Shown here one piece after another: positions 42,669 to 53,588 of a stretch of 64,000 nucleotides of DNA. A model generated the notes under the pieces. It had not been told where the DNA came from. It saw only the letters and a list, made by a program, of their open reading frames with translations, and did not search any database. Positions within the stretch are counted from its first letter, which is position 1. Each line of letters starts with the position of its first letter. Source of the DNA: Candidatus Babeliales bacterium (GTDB taxonomy: Bacteria > Babelota > Babeliae > Babelales > Vermiphilaceae); contig CAVUQO010000003.1 of assembly GCA_963743635.1 (NCBI GenBank), positions 1 to 64,000 on the forward strand. The letters are read 5' to 3'. The position numbers and the translations under genes are program-made.

Positions 42669-43262
42669 TCATCCAAATAACTGTGTACATATTATATGCG
42701 TTGGAATACAGACAAGAAGCGGATAACCAATCAGCAATAGTATAAACCAGACCGTAACTGAGATTTTTTTCCAATGATACAGAGCGGGCATAAAAACCCA
42801 ATTGATATTCAACTCATGATCAGTGCACAAATACGTAGCAATAAATATAAGCCATACAAGCGGCACTGCGTAGAACAATGCGCGCGCATCATAACCCCAT
42901 AAGAGCGTTAACCAAAACCAGACAACCGGCATAATGACGTGAAAAAGCGAAAGCGATCTCAAAAATAGCGTATGCCGCGGCTGAAACATATAATGCGCAA
43001 GTCCAAACATACTTCTGCGGGTAACAAGCTCTACCAAGAAATCGATATTCCACGCCAGCTCTACTAATACAAATGCACAGATACACACGCTAATTATTAA
43101 TGGGGATTCAAACCAAACTGCAGCAAGCGTCAGAAACAAACCAATGTCTGACATCCATAAAAAATTCTGTGGGCCATAATATTTCCAGTACACCCATACC
43201 AAAACGGCAACAAAGAGGGTAAATATGCTCTTCATCAACAGGATTGCTTCCATCATTTTCAT
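42669..43262 (-). CDS. Integral membrane hypothetical protein
   Basis: About 6 TM helices; NFLWMSDI, LSLFH, NINWVF motifs. Confidence 0.8.
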   Translation of the reverse strand: MKMMEAILLMKSIFTLFVAVLVWVYWKYYGPQNFLWMSDIGLFLTLAAVWFESPLIISVCICAFVLVELAWNIDFLVELVTRRSMFGLAHYMFQPRHTLFLRSLSLFHVIMPVVWFWLTLLWGYDARALFYAVPLVWLIFIATYLCTDHELNINWVFMPALYHWKKISVTVWFILLLIGYPLLVCIPTHIICTQLFG

Positions 43263-43389
43263 ATTCCTTTATTTTTGGTCAGATAAGGATCTATTGCCAA
43301 CCTAGAACAATGAACCCCTCAGATGCCAGCAATTTGATGTCCATTGACTTTTTTTTCTGTGCCTCAGATATATACCTGCTCTAATTATT

Positions 43390-44233
43390 GCTTTATAAAT
43401 AAGTAAAATCCCCTCCCCCCGTTCATCCTGAGTGATTCTATCCTGATCCCGATCCTGAGCTTAGCGAAGGAATGAAGGATGAAGGAGAGAATTGTGCGAA
43501 GGATTTTAAATTAGATAATTCAGGTTCTGTGAACCACATTTAGAGAACCCTGAAAATCTAACAATTTTAATCAATGCGGACTAAATGTAGGTCACTGATC
43601 GTCTTTGCGAGGACGAAATACGACATCCGCTGCAAAGCGGTGTTGTATGAGGACGTGGCAATCCAGGGTAATTAAATAAAGAAGTCATTAGAAAAGTTAT
43701 TATGAAAACACCAGCAGTATATATCCTTAGTAATAGAAAAAATCGGGCACTCTATGCTGGGTGTTACCTTCGATTTGGTACGATCCTTCGCCCCATTCGC
43801 CTCTTCGCATTCTTTATCCGGATGAGCGGCTTTAGCGCCTCTAGTTCTGAGCTAGTCGAAGAATCAGGGTCAGGACTACGAACATAAAAATCATCTTATT
43901 GTAGGACTTTTTTATGACATATTCCTGGATTGCCACCTCCTTATACAACACCGCTTTACAGCGGATGTCGTATTTCGTCGTCGCAAAGACGATCGAGAGA
44001 TCTTTGGTTCTTCGTTAGGCTCCCGGCCTTCACTACCGTTCCCTACTACGCTAAAGCTTCGAAGGGCAGGCAGGACGATCAGAAAATGAATGCCTTTTTT
44101 ACACAAATTACCTAATGTCCCTATTGTACAATAAAAGATGTGGGTAAAGCATAGAACCTGACGAAGGATGCGAAGAGTCGAATGGGTGATGAAAAACATC
44201 ACTTAATATGAGCTCCCTAGACCGAGTTCGCGT
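43390..44233. repeat. Composite palindromic repeat cluster
   Basis: Modules shared with 20.6 kb, 25.2-25.8 kb, 33.1 kb and 37.2 kb; 71-bp inverted repeats at 43597-43667 and 43924-43994. Confidence 0.85.
43702..43920 (+). pseudogene. Small GIY-YIG nuclease remnant
   Basis: MKTPAVYILSNRKNRALYAG, then (after one extra G) VTFDLVR, a 93-bp palindromic insertion, then YEHKNHLIVG. Confidence 0.75.
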
Positions 44234-44360
44234 TCGAGTAACCGAGGGGGCCGATTGAGGAATTTGGCCATTTGCGCTATACTATAGATATGCCTGGAAA
44301 CAGGCCTCATCCCTGCAAAACCCTAAAAAACTGCTCCAAAAATCTAAAAAATGGTGAAAA

Positions 44361-45674
44361 ATGGCACACATTAAACCAGATCATTTACCTGCTTTGCCAG
44401 GTATATATACGTTTAAGGCTCCTGATGGAACCGTGCTTTACGTCGGTAAAGCCAATTCCATTAAAGACCGTGTGGGCTCCTATTTTCAAAATTATAAGAA
44501 AGATTGGAAAATCAGCGCCCTGCTCGATGAGCATGCCCGGGTGGATTTCATTCTAACCAAGAATGAGACTGAAGCCCTCCTTTTAGAAGCCAAGCTGATC
44601 CAAGAGCATAAGCCGAAATTTAACGTCCTTCTGAAGGAAGGCCAGCCATTTTTATACATTCTCTTTACCCAAGGCACCGGGAAGAATCCACTCCCTATCA
44701 TTAAGATCGTCCGGACCAAGAAAGAAAAAGGAACCTATTTTGGACCTTTTTTACAAAAAACCCAAGTCCGCAGCGTTCATCGGTTCTTGATCAAAACCTT
44801 CAAACTAACTCTCTGTAATAAGAAATTAGAAAACGGATGCCTCGATTATCATATTGGTCTCTGCGCGGGTAACTGCCGTTCAGATTTTAATGAGAGCGAT
44901 TATCGCTTTCGCATGACGCTCGCTCACAAAGTTTTACACAACGAACAAACAAGTTTTATCGCTCATATCAAAGAGGCGATTGCGGTGAGCAATGCGAACC
45001 TGGAATTTGAAAAATCAAAGTATTTGCATGAATATTTGGAGAGCGTCGATACAATCTTCGGGACTATTCGACTTCGTTTCTCTGAGGCCAAATTTGCAAC
45101 CGATATTTTTGCAGTGACTACCCCAACTGGCAATCTCGAAGAACAGCATGCTTCGATCGGTATTGAGATCCAAAAATTCCTTGGATTGCCCGCTCCTGTT
45201 TCGAGCATCGACTGCTTTGATATCTCCCATTTTCAGAGTCAGTCAATCGTCGGCTCCTGCGTCCGTTTTACCAACGGAATTCCCGCTAAAGATTTTTTTA
45301 GAAAATTTAATATCAAGACACTCAAGGTTCAGAACGATTATGCTGCTCTACAAGAGATTGTAGGCCGCCGCTATAAAGATCAAGAAATGATGCCCGACCT
45401 TATTCTCATTGATGGGGGTAAGGGACAACTGAGCGCAGTGCGCGCGATATTGCCAAACGCCCAGATTGTCAGCCTTGCAAAACGAGAAGAACGATTATAT
45501 TCCACGAACCATCCAGAAGGTGTTACTCTTGATGTTGAAACGCCAGTTGGTAAAATATTTATAGCACTCAGAGATTATGCACACCACTTTGCGATTAGCC
45601 ATCATCGCACGCGTCAACGAAAAAATATAGGAGCATCAAATGACCCCGGAACAATTCACGAACGCAAGTTATGA
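44361..45674 (+). CDS. uvrC: Excinuclease UvrC (short form)
   Basis: PGIY...YVGKA GIY-YIG; CFDISHFQ, NDYAAL, LILIDGGKGQL, SLAKREE, LRDYAHHFAI; no C-terminal HhH. Confidence 0.9.
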   Translation: MAHIKPDHLPALPGIYTFKAPDGTVLYVGKANSIKDRVGSYFQNYKKDWKISALLDEHARVDFILTKNETEALLLEAKLIQEHKPKFNVLLKEGQPFLYILFTQGTGKNPLPIIKIVRTKKEKGTYFGPFLQKTQVRSVHRFLIKTFKLTLCNKKLENGCLDYHIGLCAGNCRSDFNESDYRFRMTLAHKVLHNEQTSFIAHIKEAIAVSNANLEFEKSKYLHEYLESVDTIFGTIRLRFSEAKFATDIFAVTTPTGNLEEQHASIGIEIQKFLGLPAPVSSIDCFDISHFQSQSIVGSCVRFTNGIPAKDFFRKFNIKTLKVQNDYAALQEIVGRRYKDQEMMPDLILIDGGKGQLSAVRAILPNAQIVSLAKREERLYSTNHPEGVTLDVETPVGKIFIALRDYAHHFAISHHRTRQRKNIGASNDPGTIHERKL

Positions 45675-48198
45675 ACTCATTTCACGCAGTGCGCAGCTCG
45701 CGACGCAGCGCCATAACCCCGCACTACTTCCTCTTCATACGCTCATGGTTGGTCTTGATGATCAATTTTGTGCCAGTTATTTTACTGCACTCAATGTGCC
45801 GGTTACAGCCTTACGCTCACTGACCGAAGAAGAACTCAATAAACTTCCTACCGTTACGGGTGCACAGCTCGTCATGGATCTCAGCATGCAAACATTCATT
45901 GATAACTGCAAAAAAGAAGCTGATGCAATGGGCGATAAATATATCAGCCTTGAACACTTCTTGCTTCAATGGGCCGTAACGCCCGCATTACCCGAATCGA
46001 TAAAAACATTTTTGCGCAATCACACTTTTACTTATGATGCAGTAAGCGCCCTCATGCGCCAAATACGAAAAGGAAAAACCGTGAACGATAAAAATGCAGA
46101 AAACCAATACCAAGTATTGGAAAAATATTGCCAAAATATCACCGATCTCGCACGCCAAGGGAAATTAGATCCCGTCATTGGACGCCACGAAGAAATTCGA
46201 CGCGTGATTCAAATTTTATCCCGCCGCACCAAAAACAATCCAGTACTCATCGGCGAACCCGGCGTCGGTAAAACGGCAATCGTTGAGGGAATAGCACAAC
46301 GCATTATTAATAATGATGTTCCTGAGAGTCTTAAAAATAAACGTATCTATTCGCTCGATCTTGGCCTTCTTATTGCGGGCGCAAAATACCAAGGTGAATT
46401 TGAAGATCGCTTAAAAGGCGTACTCAAAGAAGTTGAAAGCGGCGAAGACAACATCATTTTATTCATCGACGAGCTGCACATGCTGGTTGGTGCGGGCGCA
46501 TCAGGCGGCGGCATGGATGCTTCCAATCTTTTAAAGCCGGCACTCGCGCGCGGCACACTGCACTGCATTGGCGCAACAACGCTCGCCGAATATAAAAAAT
46601 ATATCGAAAAAGATGCGGCGCTCGAACGCCGATTCCAGCCAGTACTCGTTCCTGAGCCATCGGTAGAAGATGCCATTTCAATCTTGCGCGGCCTTAAAGA
46701 GCGCTATGAAATGCATCATGGTATTCGCATTACCGATCAAGCACTCGTGAGTGCAGTTCGCTTAGCCGCCACCTACATACCTGATCGTTTTCTGCCCGAT
46801 AAAGCAATTGACTTGATCGACGAGGCAGCGGCAAAAGTAAAAATGTCGATCGATTCGCAACCAGAAGCAATTGATAAGCTCGATCGTAAGATGCGGCAGC
46901 TTGAGATTGAAAAAGTAGCGCTTACCAAAGAGAAGGATGAAGCAGCAAAAAGTCGCTTAGCCACTCTTGAAAAAGAACTCGCTGATATCAAAGAGCAACA
47001 TCAAAAGCTGCTCAATCAATGGCGCGCCGAAAAAGCTCCGCTTGAAAAGGTCAATAAACTCAAAGAAGAAATCGATCGCGCTACGTATGCATTCCAAGCA
47101 GCCGAACGAAACGGCGATTATGCAAAAGCGTCTGAAATCAAATATGGCAAATTGGCGCAGCTTGAAAAACAACTCGAAACTGAACAAGAAAAGCTCGCAA
47201 AAACCACAACCGGGTTGGTGAAGCAAGAAGTTGATGAGGATGATATTGCGGCCGTGGTTGCCCGATGGACAAAAATTCCGGTCGAAAAATTGAAAGCGAG
47301 CGAATCTGAAAAATTGCTCAGGATGGAAGAGATCCTCAAGAAACGTATCATTGGCCAGGATGAAGCAATCAAGACGGTGACGCACGCAATTCAGGTGCAC
47401 CGCGCGGGACTTACTTCACCCACTAAACCGATTGGTTCATTCCTATTTCTCGGGCCGACGGGCGTTGGTAAAACGGAAGTTGCTAAAACACTCGCCGACT
47501 TTTTATTCAATGATCCGCACAAAATGATTCGCATCGACATGTCTGAATACATGGAAAAACATGCCGTTGCACGCCTTATCGGCGCACCTCCGGGATACGT
47601 TGGCTATGAAGAGGGCGGACAACTCACTGAACAAGTTCGCCGCAATCCCTATAGTGTTATTCTGTTTGATGAAGTTGAAAAAGCGCATCCGGATGTTTTT
47701 AACATCTTTCTGCAAATCCTTGATGAAGGCAGATTGACCGATAGCCAAGGACGCACGGTATCATTCAAAAATTGCATCATCATCATGAGTTCCAATATCG
47801 GATCTGATATTATTCTCGCCGCAAAAGAAATCGCTGAGAGCGTCAAAAAAGAGGTCGAGAAAATACTCCATAAGAGTTTCCGCCCTGAATTTTTAAATCG
47901 TATCGATGCGATTGTATTCTTCAAACGGCTCAATGAGCAAGATATCGAAAAGATCGCACGCATTCATATTAAAGATCTTGAAAAACGCCTTGCGGAACAA
48001 CATATTACCGTTACCATCGATGATGCGGTTATTAAGGAAGTTGCGGAACAAGGGTACGTGGAAGAATTTGGCGCGCGTCCATTAAAGCGAACCGTCCATA
48101 ACCTCATTACCGTTCCGATTTCACAACACCTGCTGCAACACCCTGCAGTAAAGACGCTGCATGTTTCGGTGAAGAAGGGCGTGATTACAATCGAGTAA
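45640..48198 (+). CDS. clpB: Chaperone ClpB
   Basis: Two AAA+ modules ([16 protein letters not shown]) and coiled-coil M domain with KASEIKYG. Confidence 0.97.
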   Translation: MTPEQFTNASYELISRSAQLATQRHNPALLPLHTLMVGLDDQFCASYFTALNVPVTALRSLTEEELNKLPTVTGAQLVMDLSMQTFIDNCKKEADAMGDKYISLEHFLLQWAVTPALPESIKTFLRNHTFTYDAVSALMRQIRKGKTVNDKNAENQYQVLEKYCQNITDLARQGKLDPVIGRHEEIRRVIQILSRRTKNNPVLIGEPGVGKTAIVEGIAQRIINNDVPESLKNKRIYSLDLGLLIAGAKYQGEFEDRLKGVLKEVESGEDNIILFIDELHMLVGAGASGGGMDASNLLKPALARGTLHCIGATTLAEYKKYIEKDAALERRFQPVLVPEPSVEDAISILRGLKERYEMHHGIRITDQALVSAVRLAATYIPDRFLPDKAIDLIDEAAAKVKMSIDSQPEAIDKLDRKMRQLEIEKVALTKEKDEAAKSRLATLEKELADIKEQHQKLLNQWRAEKAPLEKVNKLKEEIDRATYAFQAAERNGDYAKASEIKYGKLAQLEKQLETEQEKLAKTTTGLVKQEVDEDDIAAVVARWTKIPVEKLKASESEKLLRMEEILKKRIIGQDEAIKTVTHAIQVHRAGLTSPTKPIGSFLFLGPTGVGKTEVAKTLADFLFNDPHKMIRIDMSEYMEKHAVARLIGAPPGYVGYEEGGQLTEQVRRNPYSVILFDEVEKAHPDVFNIFLQILDEGRLTDSQGRTVSFKNCIIIMSSNIGSDIILAAKEIAESVKKEVEKILHKSFRPEFLNRIDAIVFFKRLNEQDIEKIARIHIKDLEKRLAEQHITVTIDDAVIKEVAEQGYVEEFGARPLKRTVHNLITVPISQHLLQHPAVKTLHVSVKKGVITIE

Positions 48199-48201
48199 CG
48201 C

Positions 48202-48242
48202 ACGAACAGGCTCGAGTTTTTATCGAGCCCGTTCGTTTTTTT
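48202..48242 (+). terminator. Intrinsic terminator after clpB
   Basis: ACGAACAGGCTCGA-loop-TCGAGCCCGTTCGT-TTTTTT. Confidence 0.8.
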
Positions 48243-48393
48243 CGCACAAAAAATTCAGTTCCTTGCTTTTATGTCAAAAATATAAGTACCCTAGCCTTGC
48301 ATTCAGAGTTGGAGCAGGAGAGAAATTGTTGTTGACCCTGTATTAAATACCGATAGACTACCACTCGACTGAATAACTCTTTTCTAAGGAGAG

Positions 48394-49377
48394 ATGGTTA
48401 TGAAAATAATCCGCCATTCTCGAAAAATGTTCGTCTATTCACTTTCTCTTCTATTATCTGCGCAGCAGATTTGCTGCATGCAACCAGAACACCGCCCATT
48501 AAAGGTTGATGCGCGAAATCAAATAGCAATCGCAGATACCATAAAAAGCTTATCTACCACGAATGCCCGCCTCGATAAGATGCAAGTCTTTCTTGGATCT
48601 GTGATCAACAACACTGAGTTACGGAGGGCCGATCTAACAACAGCTGATTTTGAAAATATACCACTTGATGACATAACTATTAACGGTAAAAATCTAGAAC
48701 AAACCCAACAACTAATCATCACGATGCAAAAAGAGGTTGCACGTAATAATGCACGCAGATTTCCATCATGGGCGGCATACACTAATGCGCGCCAAAATGA
48801 AACGCGTTCAAAGACCTTAAGTACTGCCGTTGCAGGCTTTGTACTCAAAAAGATGCGCTTCGAGCCTGATCTGAGTATTATTACCGGCGGCGGACGAAGT
48901 CTCCCTGAAAATCCGCATGATCTTGATGCAGTCGACATCATTAACGCCTTAAGAATAGCGCTGGGGCCCGTCAAGGAGACCGCCATATTTCTTGGTAAAA
49001 CTATAGAAGACTACAAGAAAGAACTTGAAGCACAACATACATTTTTTATAGACACCCCATGTTGCTACACTCCTCTTGGTAGAAGCAGACAAGCTTTAAG
49101 CCATAAAATAGATTTGCGAGCTCTTGCGATTCCGCTTGTTTGTTTTGCTCAAAAACAAGAATTCTTGAAACAAACGAATGAAGCCTATCCACCTTCATAC
49201 CAAAATCCTGGCGCAGGCGTGGGAGCTTCAATCCCCGCACAACCATCGGATCCTAATCAGACACAACAACCTCCTACATATACAGAAAAGCCTTTTCCGG
49301 AAGCGCAATTTGCCAGTCCTTTTGTGGCAGGCAGTGCGAATACAGGCTCAATTAATAATAATGGAAACGGCAAGTAA
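48394..49377 (+). CDS. Secreted hypothetical protein with P/Q-rich tail
   Basis: AAGGAG RBS; leader ending ICC|MQ. Confidence 0.8.
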   Translation: MVMKIIRHSRKMFVYSLSLLLSAQQICCMQPEHRPLKVDARNQIAIADTIKSLSTTNARLDKMQVFLGSVINNTELRRADLTTADFENIPLDDITINGKNLEQTQQLIITMQKEVARNNARRFPSWAAYTNARQNETRSKTLSTAVAGFVLKKMRFEPDLSIITGGGRSLPENPHDLDAVDIINALRIALGPVKETAIFLGKTIEDYKKELEAQHTFFIDTPCCYTPLGRSRQALSHKIDLRALAIPLVCFAQKQEFLKQTNEAYPPSYQNPGAGVGASIPAQPSDPNQTQQPPTYTEKPFPEAQFASPFVAGSANTGSINNNGNGK

Positions 49378-49398
49378 CATTCTGCCGTTTTAAAACCA

Positions 49399-49433
49399 GG
49401 GGGCGGATTATATTTTCTCCATAGTCCGCCCCC
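49399..49433. terminator. Hairpin between convergent genes
   Basis: GGGGGCGGATTAT-loop-ATAGTCCGCCCCC. Confidence 0.7.
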
Positions 49434-49464
49434 GAGTTATTTTTATTGGATATCGTATTTAGGA

Positions 49465-49671
49465 TTACTCCTTCTTCGCTGGATAAGCCCACTCGCGCAA
49501 CAATCCAAACACGAGGTGCACAAACATGCCAAGAATAACAATAAAGAGGAGTGGATGCTCCCTACCCGCAAAATATAAGCTCACAACAGAATTTGGTCTT
49601 TTGTATATAAAAAGCCAAAGAATTGCCGCAACAAAATAAGGAATTATCCACAATACCGTTCTTCTATTCAT
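49465..49671 (-). CDS. Small membrane protein
   Basis: AAGGAG before ATG 49671; two hydrophobic helices. Confidence 0.6.
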   Translation of the reverse strand: MNRRTVLWIIPYFVAAILWLFIYKRPNSVVSLYFAGREHPLLFIVILGMFVHLVFGLLREWAYPAKKE

Positions 49672-49793
49672 TACATACTCCTTTAACGTTTTTATTAGGA
49701 AAATTATCGCCGATGACTTCACATACCACTTGATTGAATGTCTAGAAATTAGTAAGTATTAATCATCAAGACAGACTCATTAAGGAGAGTAAC

Positions 49794-51194
49794 ATGTTAT
49801 TCAAACAGAAGGCCAGTCTATATTGCCTATGCGCAGCATTATTGATGAGCAAGGGCATTCACAGCTCGGCACCAAATACGATAACAAGCGCAATAGGCAG
49901 TCCTAATTTCAATGCGCCCACGAGTATCGCAATCACGCCCGATGGAAGTACCGCATACGTTGTAAACTCAGGAACCACTAATCACGATCACGCCATCAGT
50001 ATCATCGATGTCAGCACCAATACCGTGACTGGTTATGTGCAAGATCCTAACAATTTATTAGATCATCCAACCTATATATCGATTATTCCTAATGGCAGCA
50101 TTGCGTACGTAATCAATGGGACCTATCCATCGAGCTCGGATTCACTGTGTTATATTGATCTTAATCCATCAGACACTACATACAACACGGTTATAGGAAC
50201 CGTTCCTCAAACTTATCCTTTTACTAATCTTACCGCCGTTGGATATACATTGGATAGCTCTACCGCGTATGTGGCAGATGCAGCCTCCCAGTATATAACA
50301 CTTGTTGCCACGCCAGCTGATCCCTATAACCAAATACATACCCGCATTTATGGTGCTAATATGGCAGTCTCGCCCGACGGATCAACACTGTATACCACCG
50401 ATGGTGTATCGAGCCTTGTCATTAATAGTACAGGCTCTTATCACGTACTTGCTACACTTTCTATTCCTGGCGCTGGCGCTATTGCATTTGGTGATAACAC
50501 CGACAAAGCATACATAGCATGCTCAACGGGGGTGGCAATTATAAATGTTCCAACTAACGCACTCGCAAGTCCATCAAGTGTTTCTGGTGCCTCGACTCCT
50601 CCCTCGTATATTGCATTCACGCCCGATGGCAGCACTGCATATTTAGTCTACGCCGAATATAACATGATCAGCGTTGTTGACGTTGCAACTGATACGGTGA
50701 TAGACACCTTAACGAATGACACCGCAACGCCACTAAATGCACCCTATGCAGTCGCGATCACACCAGGTGGCTCTAAAGGATATATTACAGATCAGGGCGC
50801 CACCGCCCCAGGCACAGTGAGTATTATGACGTATGTAAATCCATATGGTTACGATTATCCATACATTTATCCCATACCTCCAGACATGCCAACCCCGCTC
50901 CCGCCAAGCAAAATCAATGGATGCAAAACGCAAAATGTATTCTTCACGCAAACTGATTTTATAAACAATATTACGTGGACGGCTCCAACAGTAGGCACAA
51001 TTCCAGCCGCATATAGCATTTATCGCGATCCATATCTGACCGATTTAGTTGCCACCGTTCCTGCAAGCGGTGCACTCCAATATTACGATCACAACCGAAA
51101 TCCAAATGTTACGTACAGTTATTACATTGTTTCTGTTGATGCATTTGGTAATATGTCAGAACCAAACAGCGTAATGGTAGTAAATCTATGCTAG
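49794..51194 (+). CDS. Secreted YncE/YVTN-type beta-propeller with C-terminal FN3-like domain
   Basis: IAITPDGSTAYV...ISIIDVSTNTV repeats; C-terminal domain homologous to the 37328 and 38968 proteins. Confidence 0.88.
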   Translation: MLFKQKASLYCLCAALLMSKGIHSSAPNTITSAIGSPNFNAPTSIAITPDGSTAYVVNSGTTNHDHAISIIDVSTNTVTGYVQDPNNLLDHPTYISIIPNGSIAYVINGTYPSSSDSLCYIDLNPSDTTYNTVIGTVPQTYPFTNLTAVGYTLDSSTAYVADAASQYITLVATPADPYNQIHTRIYGANMAVSPDGSTLYTTDGVSSLVINSTGSYHVLATLSIPGAGAIAFGDNTDKAYIACSTGVAIINVPTNALASPSSVSGASTPPSYIAFTPDGSTAYLVYAEYNMISVVDVATDTVIDTLTNDTATPLNAPYAVAITPGGSKGYITDQGATAPGTVSIMTYVNPYGYDYPYIYPIPPDMPTPLPPSKINGCKTQNVFFTQTDFINNITWTAPTVGTIPAAYSIYRDPYLTDLVATVPASGALQYYDHNRNPNVTYSYYIVSVDAFGNMSEPNSVMVVNLC

Positions 51195-51242
51195 CTCTTA
51201 TGCATTAAAAATCGGATACCGATTCAACGAGTTCCTTTCTAA

Positions 51243-51284
51243 AAAAGCGCACGTGTAAGAACAATCCCTTACACGTGCGCTTTT
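51243..51284. terminator. Intrinsic terminator
   Basis: AAAAGCGCACGTGTAAG-loop-CTTACACGTGCGCTTTT. Confidence 0.8.
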
Positions 51285-51362
51285 ACTTTTACTCCCATAA
51301 AAAATAAGATATTCTTTCTTTCGATATTTAATAGAAACGTTAGTTCTAATCATGGGAGTATC

Positions 51363-51833
51363 ATGAAATTCATTCAATCTCTCATATTTATATCTGCTCT
51401 CATTCTAGTATCAGACACATTCCCCATGGGCTCATCGCGTCCTGAACGCGAACTGCAACGGCGATCAAGTAGGCGGTTCCTTTTTCAATTAAAAAGTCCA
51501 CGCATCGAAACGCCAACGCCGCTGCCATTTAATCAAGAAGACTTTAAAGATCATGAATCTTTTATAAAAACTGCATATACATCACTGCGAGAAGATCCTC
51601 AAGGAATCGTCACTGAGGCAAAAGCAAATCTGCTCCACGATTATCTCATAACAGTCGATCCTACTTCTCAAGCGCTCCTGCAAGATAAGATCAATTATAT
51701 TGAAGAGCGCATATGGAAACAGACCTCCGGTAATCGCTATAAAGAGTACAAAGAAACAAGTAACCTGCATGAGGCAGTATCGGCAATGATACGAAACACC
51801 AAACCTCCATCCCTTACTGCACACTGTAATTAA
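51363..51833 (+). CDS. Secreted hypothetical protein
   Basis: GGAG RBS; leader ending TFP|MG. Confidence 0.75.
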   Translation: MKFIQSLIFISALILVSDTFPMGSSRPERELQRRSSRRFLFQLKSPRIETPTPLPFNQEDFKDHESFIKTAYTSLREDPQGIVTEAKANLLHDYLITVDPTSQALLQDKINYIEERIWKQTSGNRYKEYKETSNLHEAVSAMIRNTKPPSLTAHCN

Positions 51834-51965
51834 CTTCAGTAATGCCTAACGTTCTTCTATAGACATCCCCTTGAAATAGATATCCCTTCCACTTACGGTA
51901 AAAATCGTATATCCTTTCCGATCGTATAAATCCATACAGATATTCAATCAAAAAGGATATTATCC

Positions 51966-53429
51966 ATGCAAACAATGAAATCACTTTCACTATTCTTACT
52001 GCTCGCCGCACCACATGCATGCGCAATGAACATGCAAGAGATAATAATCAGCAGCACCATTGATGATGTCAGAAATATTGTACATAAAGAAAAACCGGTT
52101 GAGGAAGCAAGGCTTTTGCTCGAGGTTGCCAGCAGTCACGGGAAAAAACCTCTTTACACGCACACCGCAATTCTAGCAGGCGAAATCAAGGCTTTGGATA
52201 TCTTCCTTAAAGCAGGCGCTCCCAAAGAACAAGATGCAAAAAAAAGAACCCCGCTCCACTGCGCGCTCGATAAAGATAACACTGAGGCAATTACAGTGCT
52301 TTTTCAATATCCAGAGATGCGAGAATACGATCTGACAAGCAAGGTCAAATCAAAAGAAATGCTTCGACACTATTGCCAAGAGGTGGAGAAAGTATCTCCA
52401 CGCGAGCAAAATCCCAGCACCTGGATAGCAATGACCACCGCAATTACGCCTCCATACATTGAAGATAAACACGGAAAGCTGCCCCCTTTCTCGATCCCTT
52501 CGCACATGCGTGAGATAACGCAAGAGTTTATTGATAAGGGTTATGTGTATATACCAATGTTTTCAGAAAAAGATTCCGCAAAATATGACGCACCCTATAT
52601 AAACTCACTCAGAATGCTCCTCGGTGCAAAGGAAGTCTCTTTACCAGAGGATCTACGTCTTAAGGCACAACAATGCGTAATCTCTCATCATATAAGGTTT
52701 GGCACCATATCTGAGCTGGTCTACATAAAACAAGAATTTAACGATCAAGCCAATAATCCTTTGATCTCGCCATTATTAAAACAGATTCAATATAAAATGG
52801 CCGATCATTATGCAGAGCAATATTTAGAGGCAAAATCAAACATGTCAAATACATATTACCGAAGTTGCAAAAACTGCATACTTCTTAGTCTCACCCCCGA
52901 TGTTCAAGAACATTTTAATCAAAACAATCTCCTGACCTGGCATCTTTATAGAAAAGCACTCTTAAATAATGATCGTGATGTAATCAACAAAATCAAACAA
53001 ATTACCTCTATTGCGGATAATCAAACTACGGAATGGAATAACGCATTGGCAATGTGTGGCGAACTAAACGCTGCCCCGCATGTCACGGATGAAATGCGTC
53101 TTTGTGCAGCGAAAATTACTGCTATTGCGGACTTAGACCCTGCTTTTTTCAGACGCTCCATGAATAGAAAAACCGCAAATTTGATTCATGATTTTGGAAT
53201 CCAAGGTGGTTTCGACGATTTAGCATCACGCGTATATGATTACGTTTCAGATGATCGCATTCCATTGCGCCAATGTAATCCATTCTATCAATATCGCAAA
53301 TGCAGAGACCCTCACTTAGCAACTTATATAGCATATCTCGATCAAGATGATGCGCCTGCTGCAAGCGCAAGCACGAATCCTAACACTTCCAACAATGTTA
53401 ACGCGACAGATGAGAAGAAAGATCAATAA
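51966..53429 (+). CDS. Secreted ankyrin-repeat-containing protein
   Basis: Leader ending ACA|MN; KRTPLHCALDKDNTEAITVLF ankyrin motif. Confidence 0.75.
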   Translation: MQTMKSLSLFLLLAAPHACAMNMQEIIISSTIDDVRNIVHKEKPVEEARLLLEVASSHGKKPLYTHTAILAGEIKALDIFLKAGAPKEQDAKKRTPLHCALDKDNTEAITVLFQYPEMREYDLTSKVKSKEMLRHYCQEVEKVSPREQNPSTWIAMTTAITPPYIEDKHGKLPPFSIPSHMREITQEFIDKGYVYIPMFSEKDSAKYDAPYINSLRMLLGAKEVSLPEDLRLKAQQCVISHHIRFGTISELVYIKQEFNDQANNPLISPLLKQIQYKMADHYAEQYLEAKSNMSNTYYRSCKNCILLSLTPDVQEHFNQNNLLTWHLYRKALLNNDRDVINKIKQITSIADNQTTEWNNALAMCGELNAAPHVTDEMRLCAAKITAIADLDPAFFRRSMNRKTANLIHDFGIQGGFDDLASRVYDYVSDDRIPLRQCNPFYQYRKCRDPHLATYIAYLDQDDAPAASASTNPNTSNNVNATDEKKDQ

Positions 53430-53448
53430 CGCATTTTAATCTTTAGTA

Positions 53449-53485
53449 AAACGGGGATGCGGTTTTTATGCCTACATCCCCGTTT
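53449..53485. terminator. Intrinsic terminator
   Basis: AAACGGGGATG-loop-CATCCCCGTTT. Confidence 0.7.
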
Positions 53486-53588
53486 ATATTTAAAAAAATC
53501 ACATACTCTTTCGCCGCGCTCCAAAATTATATAGACTTTCCGATCGTACCAATTAATGCATGGATATCTAACCAAAAAGGAAAAGTTT

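Noticed and set aside
43702..45674. Functional link between the GIY-YIG remnant and the adjacent uvrC GIY-YIG domain
   Set aside because: The sequences are of different subfamilies with no visible DNA similarity; the adjacency is likely coincidental.
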